Assembly (NCBI GenBank): GCA_964655655.1
Contig: CAZZPR010000002.1
Location: 3,927 to 67,926, forward strand
Origin: an uncultured Desulfobacteraceae bacterium
GTDB lineage: Bacteria > Desulfobacterota > DSM-4660 > Desulfatiglandales > B25-G16
Length of the DNA stretch: 64,000 nt
Direction: 5' to 3'
Below, in pieces: positions 20,802 through 29,706 of this stretch; the stretch's first letter is position 1; each line of letters opens with the position of its first letter. The notes beneath the pieces are model-generated. The model worked only from the letters and a program-made list of their open reading frames with translations. It ran no database searches and was not told the origin of the DNA. The translations under genes were made by a program, and so were the position numbers.

Positions 20802-22958
20802 TTATATCCTCTCCAGGGTGGTATATCCCAGATGAAGCAGTTTGGTGCCCCTGTCTTGAAAAAATACCTCCACCTTTTCAGTTCCCAGGAACTTGGAAAT
20901 CACCCCTTTCCCAAAGGCAGGATGAACGACCCTGTCGCCCGGTCTCAGTTCAGATAGATTACCCGCAACTTTTTCCATGCCTGCTGCACTGTATGAGAAA
21001 CCAGGTCCATCAGGAGATACACCGTTTAAAACATAGGAATGGTGATTGATCACCTCCTGGGGAAGCGCCCTGATAAAAGAGCTGGCCCTTCCTTTGAACT
21101 GTCCTCTTATGGCTCCCGGAAAACCGCCTACAATTTCCTCGCCGGGATAAGCCATTATTACTTTATCTTTCGCCCTGGTGGCGGCAACATAAAGCAGCCT
21201 CAACTCTTCCTCCAGCTTTTCTGTCTTAATTAAGGATCTGCCTGGCGGAAAACGTCCGTCCAGAAGCCATATTATGAACACAACCCCCCACTCGAGGCCC
21301 TTGGCGGAATGAATAGTGGACAGCGTAAGGCAATCCTCCCTGTCCGCAGGCCTAACATCCGCGGAGCTGGTGGGAGGCTCAAGGGATATATCGTCCAGAA
21401 AATGTTTTACAGTTTTGTATCTGCTCGCCATGAATACCAGTTGTTCCAGTTCCTGCTGCCTTCTGGGAAAGTCATCGAATTTTTCCTTTAAAAAGGACTC
21501 GTAGTATTGGACTGCGAGTTCCACCGCCCTGCCTGGACTTAAATCAGGTTTGGAAAGTTTGCCCATAAGGCCGGCCAACCTTGCAAGACCCTCCTTTTCC
21601 TTGTTGGCCTTGGGCCACTCGTATAGTCTGCTCAAGGGTATATTCCCGGCCCTAATCCATTCTATAATGGCCTGGCTTTTTTCCTGCCCTATGTTTTTCA
21701 GCAGTCTCAGCAGCCGGCCCCAGCTGAGTATGTCCCCCTTGTTGATTATAACCCTGAGATGGATCAGAACATCCTTTATGTGAGCGGATTCCATGAATTT
21801 GAATCCCCCGTATTTGGCAAAGGGTATATTGCGGCGTACAAGTTCAAGCTCCAATTCAAAGGAGTGGTAGCCCGCCCTGAATAGGACTGCTATATCATTC
21901 AATTCTCTGCCCTCATCCATAAGTCTCTCTATGGTCCTGCAAACATAGAGCGCCTGATTACGTTCCGTGCCTGTATCCACGGACAAAGGCAATTCATCGC
22001 CCTTTCTTCTGGTATACAAGCACTTGGTATATTTCTGACTCGCCTGCGCCATGAGGGCATTGGTCATGTTTAGTATGGGTTGTGTGGAACGGTAGTTTTC
22101 CTCCAGCCTTATAACCCTGGTTTCAGGAAATAGGTCCGGAAAGTTGAACATATTTTTAAAATCCGCCCCCCTGAAGGCATAAATTGATTGTGAATCGTCT
22201 CCCACGGCCATTACGTTTCTATGAAAGGAACCGAGATAATAAATGATGCCCGCTTGAATGGTATTTGTATCCTGGTATTCATCCACCATTATATATTTAT
22301 ATTTGCGTGACAGTTTCAGGCAAACATCCCGGTGTTCCTTCAAAAGGGTTCGCAGGAAGAGCAGGAGGTCGTCAAAATCCATCAGGTTATTTCTGGCCTT
22401 ATATTCCCGATAAGCTCCATGTAAATGCTCTATTTGGGAAAGGAGGGGTAAAAAATGAGGGTATTCCTCATCCATGACTGCTGAAACCGGTCTTTCCAGA
22501 TTGGCTGCCTTGCTTAAGATATTGGTAACGGTAGAAGCCTTGGGAAATCTTACAGGATTCTTTTCTGTGTTCAATTGTGATACCAATGAGCGGACGGCCT
22601 CCTCCATGTCAGACCTGTCCATGATAATAAAGGAAGGACTGAACCCCAATTTTCTCGTATTTTTCCTCAAAACTTCTCTTGCAAGTGAATGGAAGGTGCC
22701 GCCGGAAACCATCCTGCACCTGTCGTCGGAGATTGCAGCCGCCCTTTCCAGCATTTCTCTAGCCGCTTTTCTGGTGAAGGTAAGAAGAAGGATCTTTTCG
22801 GGCTCAACCCCTCTTTCTACCAGCCACGCAACCCTGTATACCAGAGTTCTCGTCTTTCCGCTTCCTGCTCCGGCGATTACCAGAAGAGGCCCATCGGGTG
22901 CGGTTACCGCCTCCAACTGGGACTTATTAAGTATTTTTTCGTATTCGATATTTGTCAT
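20802..22958 (-). CDS. UvrD/PcrA-family ATP-dependent helicase
   Basis: AGAGSGKT, VDEYQD, LEENYRST, TIHSAKGLEW, YVAATRAK, C-terminal HPAFGKG; start moved to 22958. Confidence 0.94.
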   Translation of the reverse strand: MTNIEYEKILNKSQLEAVTAPDGPLLVIAGAGSGKTRTLVYRVAWLVERGVEPEKILLLTFTRKAAREMLERAAAISDDRCRMVSGGTFHSLAREVLRKNTRKLGFSPSFIIMDRSDMEEAVRSLVSQLNTEKNPVRFPKASTVTNILSKAANLERPVSAVMDEEYPHFLPLLSQIEHLHGAYREYKARNNLMDFDDLLLFLRTLLKEHRDVCLKLSRKYKYIMVDEYQDTNTIQAGIIYYLGSFHRNVMAVGDDSQSIYAFRGADFKNMFNFPDLFPETRVIRLEENYRSTQPILNMTNALMAQASQKYTKCLYTRRKGDELPLSVDTGTERNQALYVCRTIERLMDEGRELNDIAVLFRAGYHSFELELELVRRNIPFAKYGGFKFMESAHIKDVLIHLRVIINKGDILSWGRLLRLLKNIGQEKSQAIIEWIRAGNIPLSRLYEWPKANKEKEGLARLAGLMGKLSKPDLSPGRAVELAVQYYESFLKEKFDDFPRRQQELEQLVFMASRYKTVKHFLDDISLEPPTSSADVRPADREDCLTLSTIHSAKGLEWGVVFIIWLLDGRFPPGRSLIKTEKLEEELRLLYVAATRAKDKVIMAYPGEEIVGGFPGAIRGQFKGRASSFIRALPQEVINHHSYVLNGVSPDGPGFSYSAAGMEKVAGNLSELRPGDRVVHPAFGKGVISKFLGTEKVEVFFQDRGTKLLHLGYTTLERI

Positions 22959-22981
22959 GTTCCTTTCTATTTTAAGGCCAC

Positions 22982-23950
22982 CTAATAAAACAGCGTCAGG
23001 GTCATATAGACATAAATAACATACAGGCCCAGAAGAATAAAACCTTTTGGTCTTCCCACTCTGTATTTTATTCTCATACAAATAAGCATGGTGGAAACGA
23101 TGATTATCATCCAGGGAAAGGCAAAATGGATAATCTTTTTTTCAACAATTATAGGATTAACTATTGCTGATACTCCTATAATCCAGAGCACATTCAGAAT
23201 ATCCGCTCCGATGATGTTTCCCACTATAATACCTCCTTCTTTTTTGGCCGCGGCGGAGATGCATGTGCTTATTTCGGGCAAAGAAGTGCCCACCGCTATT
23301 GCAGAAAGCCCTATAATGGTCTCCGGAACCCCGAATATGCCGGCAATATTTACAGAGGACCATATGACCAGCCTGCTGGATACTATGACTACCGCCAACG
23401 CCAAAAGGAAGACAACAACCTGTTTGCCCACAGACTGATTCCCGGCTTCAAGGGGAGGATCTGCGTCGTTCCCGGCAGCCGATCTCCTGCGTTTAATTTC
23501 TGCCTTGAGGATGTAAAGGATATAAAGGAAAAGTATGATAACCAAGATCAAGCCCTCGGCACGTGAAAACTTACCGTCCAGTGAGAAGACGTAAGACAAA
23601 AGATCAATAGATATGAGAAAGGGACCCGCAATTAACAGATATTTTTTATCCACCGCTATAGGAGTTACGGAGATTATGGCTGCCAAGGCCATGGCCAGTG
23701 CATCGTCACAGATGACAGATCCAAGCGCATTTCCGAGTGCTATTTCCGGATGGCCCAGGTATGCAGACTGCACTGATACCGCGAACTCCGGTGCGGTGGT
23801 GGCAAAGGCCACCAGCACTATACCTATAAAAATCTTGGGGAGCCTGAGTATCTCCGCAAGATTGACCGCACTGTCCACGAAGTAATCCGCACTCCTGGCA
23901 AGGATAAAGAATGAAAACGCCAAAACAAGGATATTCAGGTACAGATTCAT
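22982..23950 (-). CDS. Ca2+/Na+ antiporter (YrbG/CaCA family)
   Basis: Alpha repeats ATTAPE...GNALGS and GTSLPE...GNIIGA; about 10 TM helices. Confidence 0.92.
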   Translation of the reverse strand: MNLYLNILVLAFSFFILARSADYFVDSAVNLAEILRLPKIFIGIVLVAFATTAPEFAVSVQSAYLGHPEIALGNALGSVICDDALAMALAAIISVTPIAVDKKYLLIAGPFLISIDLLSYVFSLDGKFSRAEGLILVIILFLYILYILKAEIKRRRSAAGNDADPPLEAGNQSVGKQVVVFLLALAVVIVSSRLVIWSSVNIAGIFGVPETIIGLSAIAVGTSLPEISTCISAAAKKEGGIIVGNIIGADILNVLWIIGVSAIVNPIIVEKKIIHFAFPWMIIIVSTMLICMRIKYRVGRPKGFILLGLYVIYVYMTLTLFY

Positions 23951-23958
23951 GCTTCCAA

Positions 23959-24720
23959 TTAAATCCCTATAGCCCTTATGATAAAAAAGAAGAGCCCCAG
24001 GATAATAAGCAAGAACAATACAAAGGGAATGGTAAAGGCGATCAGAACCCTTACATAAGAAGTATTATGGACATATTTGAGCCCTATAAACTGAACCAAG
24101 GCTCTCCAGACCCAGGCTATTGGGCCCCCTATGAAGGGAATCAGATTCCAAACACTGGTTGCCTGTGAATATGAAACAACCCTGAAAGTGGCTTCAAATC
24201 CATTTCCAACCCCTTTAACCAGAAACAGCAAAAAATGAATTACCAGGCTGGATAAGATAATATTGATCAATACCAGCAGAGGACACAAAAAGATAAGCGC
24301 CAGAAACACAGTGGGAAATTTCAATGTTCCGATAATGTGGGAGGTATGGCCAATCGGTCCAATGGCCACAAAGAGGAATTCACAGAAAAGTGAAAACATT
24401 CCAGCGATTGAACCTACCAGCAGGCCAAATGCCAGAGGCTCTTTAAATCCAGCCCCTACCGGCATGGGGCAAAAGAATTCCTTTGGTGCGAATAAGACTT
24501 CCTTTAGAGTTTGCTTTATGCCTTGCCATAAACCAAGCTTTTCTCTCCTTTCCCAGGGCGTACCGTTAGTACTGCCGTTGTTTTCCTCATTTGTCTGTTC
24601 CCTTTTGAACTCAAACTGGTGCCCGCATCTTGGGCATCTTACCCTCTTAGCGCCTGTAGGTATCCTCTGTTCAGGGATATCTTTTGTAAAATTACACCGG
24701 GGACAGCTTATCTTCACCAT
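23959..24720 (-). CDS. Zinc-ribbon + YIP1-family membrane protein
   Basis: CPRC...CPRC, PWE motif, FEATFRVVSYS, several TM helices. Confidence 0.82.
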   Translation of the reverse strand: MVKISCPRCNFTKDIPEQRIPTGAKRVRCPRCGHQFEFKREQTNEENNGSTNGTPWERREKLGLWQGIKQTLKEVLFAPKEFFCPMPVGAGFKEPLAFGLLVGSIAGMFSLFCEFLFVAIGPIGHTSHIIGTLKFPTVFLALIFLCPLLVLINIILSSLVIHFLLFLVKGVGNGFEATFRVVSYSQATSVWNLIPFIGGPIAWVWRALVQFIGLKYVHNTSYVRVLIAFTIPFVLFLLIILGLFFFIIRAIGI

Positions 24721-24833
24721 AAATCACTTCCGTTTTTATGATAGTAGAGTACCTCCCGGTTTATACCCATTGGAAATATTTTTCAATATTATAAACAAAA
24801 AACCTCTGTGATTTTTTACGAAGCCATCAATAA

Positions 24834-25019
24834 TTAATCCATCTCAACCATGTGTTCATCCATAAAATCCACGCGCCTTATGCTGCCCTTTACGAATCTC
24901 TTTTCTCCGAGAAGATTGAAAAGAAAATAGCCGTCTCCTTCTGCTTCCATTCCTGCTACATCCCGCATAACCTCTTTTTTTCCTGCATCGGATTCGATAT
25001 AGACAGTGCTTAAACACAT
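24834..25019 (-). CDS. cooT: CooT-family nickel-binding protein
   Basis: MCLSTVY start with Cys2, LLGE, VDFMDEH; GGAGG RBS. Confidence 0.8.
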   Translation of the reverse strand: MCLSTVYIESDAGKKEVMRDVAGMEAEGDGYFLFNLLGEKRFVKGSIRRVDFMDEHMVEMD

Positions 25020-25231
25020 AATCACCTCCGGATTCATGAAAAGGAGCACGCTTTGCAAAAACTGTCAAACAATACCAAGGTCCCGGAAGGAGATATCTCT
25101 ATGTTTCTCTAAAAATTGTCAAACCACCAAAGACAGATTTAGGCGCACCTTGAATTACCGATTTTTTCTGGCAAAATCGCTTCCTTTTCCGAGGCCTTAT
25201 TTCCTGCCGCCTGATTTACTTGAGGGTGGCC

Positions 25232-27142
25232 TTAACAGGATTGGGCTAATTTATAACCTGATACTACCGCTGTAAAGATATCAAGGGGCTCCCTTGCATC
25301 TCCGATTATTTCGATTGCGGGAACGATTTCTCGGATTTCCTCATTCGGACCGGGTGCGGATAAGGTACCCGAGGACAAAATAACCGTGTTGAAAGGATCC
25401 AGCGACTTCTTTTCCCCATCCTGCTCTATTTCAACCTCTTGGGGCAGGAAACTTTTCACCGTAGCATGAGGCATAAGCGTGACCTTTTCAATTTGTCCAA
25501 TCCTTGCCAGTGCGAGATTCTTAGTAATCATTTCCATCATGCCCCCGATAGGGTCGGTCCGCTTTGTGGCGACCACCTCATATCCCTGTTTGCCCAGTTT
25601 TTCTACGATCTCAAGGCCGGTTCTCCCGGCCCCGATTACCAAGACCCTCGGTCCGTACACCTGCTTTTCACCCCTAAAAAACTCCAGGGATGTCATAGTA
25701 TACTGATCATCAAGACCTTTTATTTCGGGTATATTCTGCAAGGCGCCGGTTGCCCATACAAGAAGATCCGGCATGTATTCCCTCACAAGTTCAGGATCTA
25801 CTGTCCTGCCCATAATTATCGAGGTACCGCTATTCTTCAGGGTTCGCTCCAGCCCGTCCAATCCATCTTTCATGGGTTCCTTGCCCGGTGCCTGCCATGC
25901 AAGGGCGAATTGGCCTCCTAGGATGTTTTCCTTCTCAACAAGGGTAACTTGATGGCCCCGTTTTGACAGAAAGATGGCCGCGCTCATACCTGCAGGGCCT
26001 CCTCCGGCTATCAGCGCCTTCAGGGGATTATCGGTGCTTTCCAGGGCTGGTAACCCAACCTCCGGATTCACGTTGCACCCAAGGGGGTTTCCGTTTTTTA
26101 AACGATGGAGGCAGCCCTGGAGGCAATACCCGCAATATATGATATCCTCGTCTTCCTTTTGCCTCCACTTTTCTAACAATTGAGAATCTGCGATCAGAGG
26201 TCTTCCAACTGCTGCCAGATCCGCAATATTATTTTCTACTATTTCTTCAATCCTTTTCTTTCTGCCCATCCTTCCTGCTGCTATGAGTGGCAATGAAGTT
26301 TGTTTGCGGACCCATTTCAATGCATCAATCTGGGGTTTTTCCGGAAGACTGCCGTGATGGAAATACCAGGGCGGGCTGAAGCAGGAATTGCCCATGCTAA
26401 CATGAAAGGCGCTAACGCCGGACTTTTCCGCCAAGTTCATGCATGACAACAGATCCTCCTGACTTATGCCGAATTCGGGTGACATCTCATTTCCGGATAC
26501 CCGTACCATAAAGGGGGTATCCGGGGCACCTTTCTTCACAGCAGAGAGAACCTCTTTTGCAAAAAGCACTCGGTCCTGGCCGTACCGATCTTCTCTTTTG
26601 TTTATCTTGGCGTTTAAAAACTGGGATATTAGGTATCCGTGTCCTGCCTGAATCTCCAGCAGGTCGAAGCCAGCCTCTGCTGCCTTTTGCGCAGCCGACC
26701 TGTAACCGGCAATGATATTTTTTATCTCTTCCTCGCTCAGGATTTCTGATTCCTGGCCTGTAGCGGCACAGGTAATATCAGAACAAGACTTTGGTTTTGT
26801 TTTTGTGGCCATAGGGTTTGCAGCAGCACCGGCATGGTTCAAATGAAGACAGGCAAGGCGGCCTTCATCGTGGATTACCTTTACGATCTTTTCGAACTCT
26901 CCGCTGCTTGCAGGCATATGAATACAAAGCTGTTTCGGATGCTCCCTTCCCTCTGGCGTTACCGATACAGGTTCCAATATGACCACCGCAGGCCCATTTT
27001 CTGCTATTTGTCGGTAGAAAACCAGCTGCCGGTCACTTACAGTGCCGTCAGGGTTTCCATAGGCTAGCTTGATAGGAGGAAATACAAATCTGTTGACCAG
27101 CTCCAGGCTTCCAAGCGTAAATCCATCAAACATATTTTTCAT
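25232..27142 (-). CDS. NADH:flavin oxidoreductase (OYE TIM barrel + 4Fe-4S + FAD domain; enoate/2,4-dienoyl-CoA reductase-like)
   Basis: HAG, AGHGYLISQF, NKREDRYG, CxxCxxxC-x11-C, GGGPAG. Confidence 0.92.
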   Translation of the reverse strand: MKNMFDGFTLGSLELVNRFVFPPIKLAYGNPDGTVSDRQLVFYRQIAENGPAVVILEPVSVTPEGREHPKQLCIHMPASSGEFEKIVKVIHDEGRLACLHLNHAGAAANPMATKTKPKSCSDITCAATGQESEILSEEEIKNIIAGYRSAAQKAAEAGFDLLEIQAGHGYLISQFLNAKINKREDRYGQDRVLFAKEVLSAVKKGAPDTPFMVRVSGNEMSPEFGISQEDLLSCMNLAEKSGVSAFHVSMGNSCFSPPWYFHHGSLPEKPQIDALKWVRKQTSLPLIAAGRMGRKKRIEEIVENNIADLAAVGRPLIADSQLLEKWRQKEDEDIIYCGYCLQGCLHRLKNGNPLGCNVNPEVGLPALESTDNPLKALIAGGGPAGMSAAIFLSKRGHQVTLVEKENILGGQFALAWQAPGKEPMKDGLDGLERTLKNSGTSIIMGRTVDPELVREYMPDLLVWATGALQNIPEIKGLDDQYTMTSLEFFRGEKQVYGPRVLVIGAGRTGLEIVEKLGKQGYEVVATKRTDPIGGMMEMITKNLALARIGQIEKVTLMPHATVKSFLPQEVEIEQDGEKKSLDPFNTVILSSGTLSAPGPNEEIREIVPAIEIIGDAREPLDIFTAVVSGYKLAQSC

Positions 27143-27214
27143 AATAAACTCCTTTCAGGTATATTGCTTTTCCTCTTATATTACCTCGTCTTCCTTAAGT
27201 TTCTCCTTAGGTTA

Positions 27215-27571
27215 TCATTCGCGCAGCAGTTCAAGCTCTTTTATTGTTTTTTCAGCCACTATCTTTTCCTTGTTAAAATGCCTTATCATTCGTTCAAGAC
27301 ATTTTTGTTGTTCCTCCGAATTTCCGAAATATTTTTCACATGCTTCCATGAAGTCTTTTGTCTCTTCTATGTTCGTCTTTACTTCATTAGGAATCTTTTC
27401 GCTGTCATGTCTTACTGCTTGCTGATCACAAGCATCATGGCACCTGCCACAATGAATGCAGTCATCCATATATATTTCCGCCACCTCATCTTCCATCACT
27501 ATGGCATCTACAGGGCATTCCTCTACACATACCCCGCACCCTATACACATATCCTTGTCCACCCATGGCAT
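27215..27571 (-). CDS. 2x[4Fe-4S] ferredoxin with C-terminal helical extension
   Basis: CIGCGVCVEECP and CIHCGRCHDAC; AGGAGG RBS before ATG 27571. Confidence 0.88.
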   Translation of the reverse strand: MPWVDKDMCIGCGVCVEECPVDAIVMEDEVAEIYMDDCIHCGRCHDACDQQAVRHDSEKIPNEVKTNIEETKDFMEACEKYFGNSEEQQKCLERMIRHFNKEKIVAEKTIKELELLRE

Positions 27572-27616
27572 TGTTAAACCTCCTTTGCAAAAAAAGTTAA
27601 TGATAATCACGGCGGG

Positions 27617-28648
27617 TTAAATGCCTATTGTATAACAGGCCAGTCCTACCAAGAGCCCCACAGTGAAATTAATAATTTTAACAAAAATAAAACTTCTTTT
27701 TGACTCCGCCAGCAGCGGGAGCATTCCATGGCCATCCTGCACCACGGAGCTCGAAAGAAGAATACCAAAAGGTATTGTTCCCGCGTTGAAGAGGGTTACA
27801 AACATCAAATGGGGCCCTGACTCTGGAATAATCCCAACAAGGCAGGCAATCACCATAACCGTAAGGTAATTTGCCTCTATCCAGGCCCCAAGCTCTAAAT
27901 AATCGAGCAAGATATGCATGATTAACAGGGCCCCGAATGCCCAAAAAAATACCCTTGGTACATGAACCTTAACTATATGTTCCCAGAGATGCTCTTCAAA
28001 AAAATGTTCGGGAACAGTGGAAACAATAAAAAGGGAGAATAATGAACCGATAAGGAATGTTATCTTTATCCAGTTCCATTCCGGGGGACCCAATTGATTG
28101 GTCAATAATCCTGCAATAAATAATATCAAGACAATGATCAATAATCCACGCTGAGGGGAAAAATTTTTTAATTGACTTAAAATTTTACCCTTTGGAAAAC
28201 AAACACACCTTTCCTCCTCATGCACTTCCAGGTTCTTTTTTACCTTTTCTATGATAAATGAGCTTTTTTTAAATAAGATGTCACTTAGAAATCCCGCAAT
28301 AATCCCCACTGCAAAAAGGATAAGCATCATAAGGAGTGCCTTCTCCGGAAACATTGACAGCATCACGTAGGCTTCATCACCGCTTGTTGCGATCATAACA
28401 GTTACCAAGGCACCAAAACTGACTACGTTATGGGTATAAAGGGCCACAACAGAGAATGCACCGAGACACCCGGGAGTAGCACCGAGCAAGGCGGCTAAGA
28501 TGTATTGAAGCCATCTGGATTTCTGCAATGAATTTTGCCAGCTTCCCTGGGTCTGGATATTAAGATACTCAATGGCGAGCATCATCACGAATACGAAGCT
28601 GGTAATCATTAAGGCATGTTTCAAAGATTCAATGATTATCGAGACCAT
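27617..28648 (-). CDS. Putative metal (Mn-type) transporter membrane protein
   Basis: About 10 TM helices; LGATPGCLG, IATSGDEA, GIIPESGPH, QDGHG motifs. Confidence 0.7.
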   Translation of the reverse strand: MVSIIIESLKHALMITSFVFVMMLAIEYLNIQTQGSWQNSLQKSRWLQYILAALLGATPGCLGAFSVVALYTHNVVSFGALVTVMIATSGDEAYVMLSMFPEKALLMMLILFAVGIIAGFLSDILFKKSSFIIEKVKKNLEVHEEERCVCFPKGKILSQLKNFSPQRGLLIIVLILFIAGLLTNQLGPPEWNWIKITFLIGSLFSLFIVSTVPEHFFEEHLWEHIVKVHVPRVFFWAFGALLIMHILLDYLELGAWIEANYLTVMVIACLVGIIPESGPHLMFVTLFNAGTIPFGILLSSSVVQDGHGMLPLLAESKRSFIFVKIINFTVGLLVGLACYTIGI

Positions 28649-28846
28649 CTAATCAACCGGGGCGTTCGGTTTCTTTTTTCTCAGCTCATCCAGTTCACTC
28701 TTTTTCTCCATGATAGCTATCTCCAATTCCTCAATAGCCAACATCTGTTCCGGCCGCACAGAATGAGCGGGAAGCGAGGCCTCCCGATCTTTTCGCTGTT
28801 CCTCAAGCTCCCCTATTTCCCCTTCTAACTTCTTTATTTTGTCCAT
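28649..28846 (-). CDS. Small coiled-coil hypothetical protein
   Basis: SLPAHSVRP between two helices; stop abuts the next start codon. Confidence 0.6.
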   Translation of the reverse strand: MDKIKKLEGEIGELEEQRKDREASLPAHSVRPEQMLAIEELEIAIMEKKSELDELRKKKPNAPVD

Positions 28847-28976
28847 AAGAAAATGGCTCCTCCCTCTCGAAACCCCTCCACTTCGTAGGATTTCCGGATA
28901 TCCCACTCTCTTCTAGTGTTTTGAAGGCCCTTTTGCTTATCTTTTATCTTTCCTTTGGGGCCGCGTGAAATATTGA

Positions 28977-29627
28977 TCAGGACAGGGCTGCCGCCTGGTC
29001 TAAAAGCAGGGATTTGAGCCGATCCAATGTGACAGGGTACGGCTGAATAGGAATTCCCATCCAGTCGGAATACTCCAAAAGCTCTTCGGGCTTTTCCGCT
29101 ATGTATTGATCCATGTAACCTATGCCGTCGAGCACAATTGCCCCGCCGGTGTGCCTGGGAAAATTTTCGTTTGCCAGCCCCTTGTCCCAGCCCCAAAATA
29201 CATCATGCCGGAATTTGATCCAGCCCGGTGTCATCCACCACACCTTTTTGCCTTCGGCCATTTCCTGGCCGATCCTTTCCCTTTCCTCCTGGCTTGCCAG
29301 CATGTCCATACAATGTGTAGCCTGAATTCTCACCACTTCAGGTCCCAGTTCCCCGATTATGGTTTTCATGGTCCGTGTCGGCTCATCGCCGTTGACGTAA
29401 CAGAATTTGCCTCCGTATACTACAATGATCTTGGATGCCTTTTCCTTGGCTTTTTCTACCCGCTTGATGAGCTGACGTTCCAACTCTTTTGGTCTCTCGT
29501 GCAGCCCCGGATTGGTAAAAAGGACCTGCTGGGCGTCCAGGAACCCGGTTTCCCTCAAATGGTTCAGCTCCAAGGCCAAGGTTCCGCAAGAAACAATGAT
29601 GATATCCGAAAAAGATGTCTGTGCCAT
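28977..29627 (-). CDS. DUF1638-family protein
   Basis: CGTL..E, PGLH..P, VYG..C, HCMDML, MTPGW; GAGGAGG RBS before ATG 29627. Confidence 0.8.
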   Translation of the reverse strand: MAQTSFSDIIIVSCGTLALELNHLRETGFLDAQQVLFTNPGLHERPKELERQLIKRVEKAKEKASKIIVVYGGKFCYVNGDEPTRTMKTIIGELGPEVVRIQATHCMDMLASQEERERIGQEMAEGKKVWWMTPGWIKFRHDVFWGWDKGLANENFPRHTGGAIVLDGIGYMDQYIAEKPEELLEYSDWMGIPIQPYPVTLDRLKSLLLDQAAALS

Positions 29628-29706
29628 TATAAACCTCCTCAGAAAAGTTTTCCTACAACTTGTGAAATAGACCTTTAGCAAGCATATCAATAATTCTCTG
29701 TGCCCT

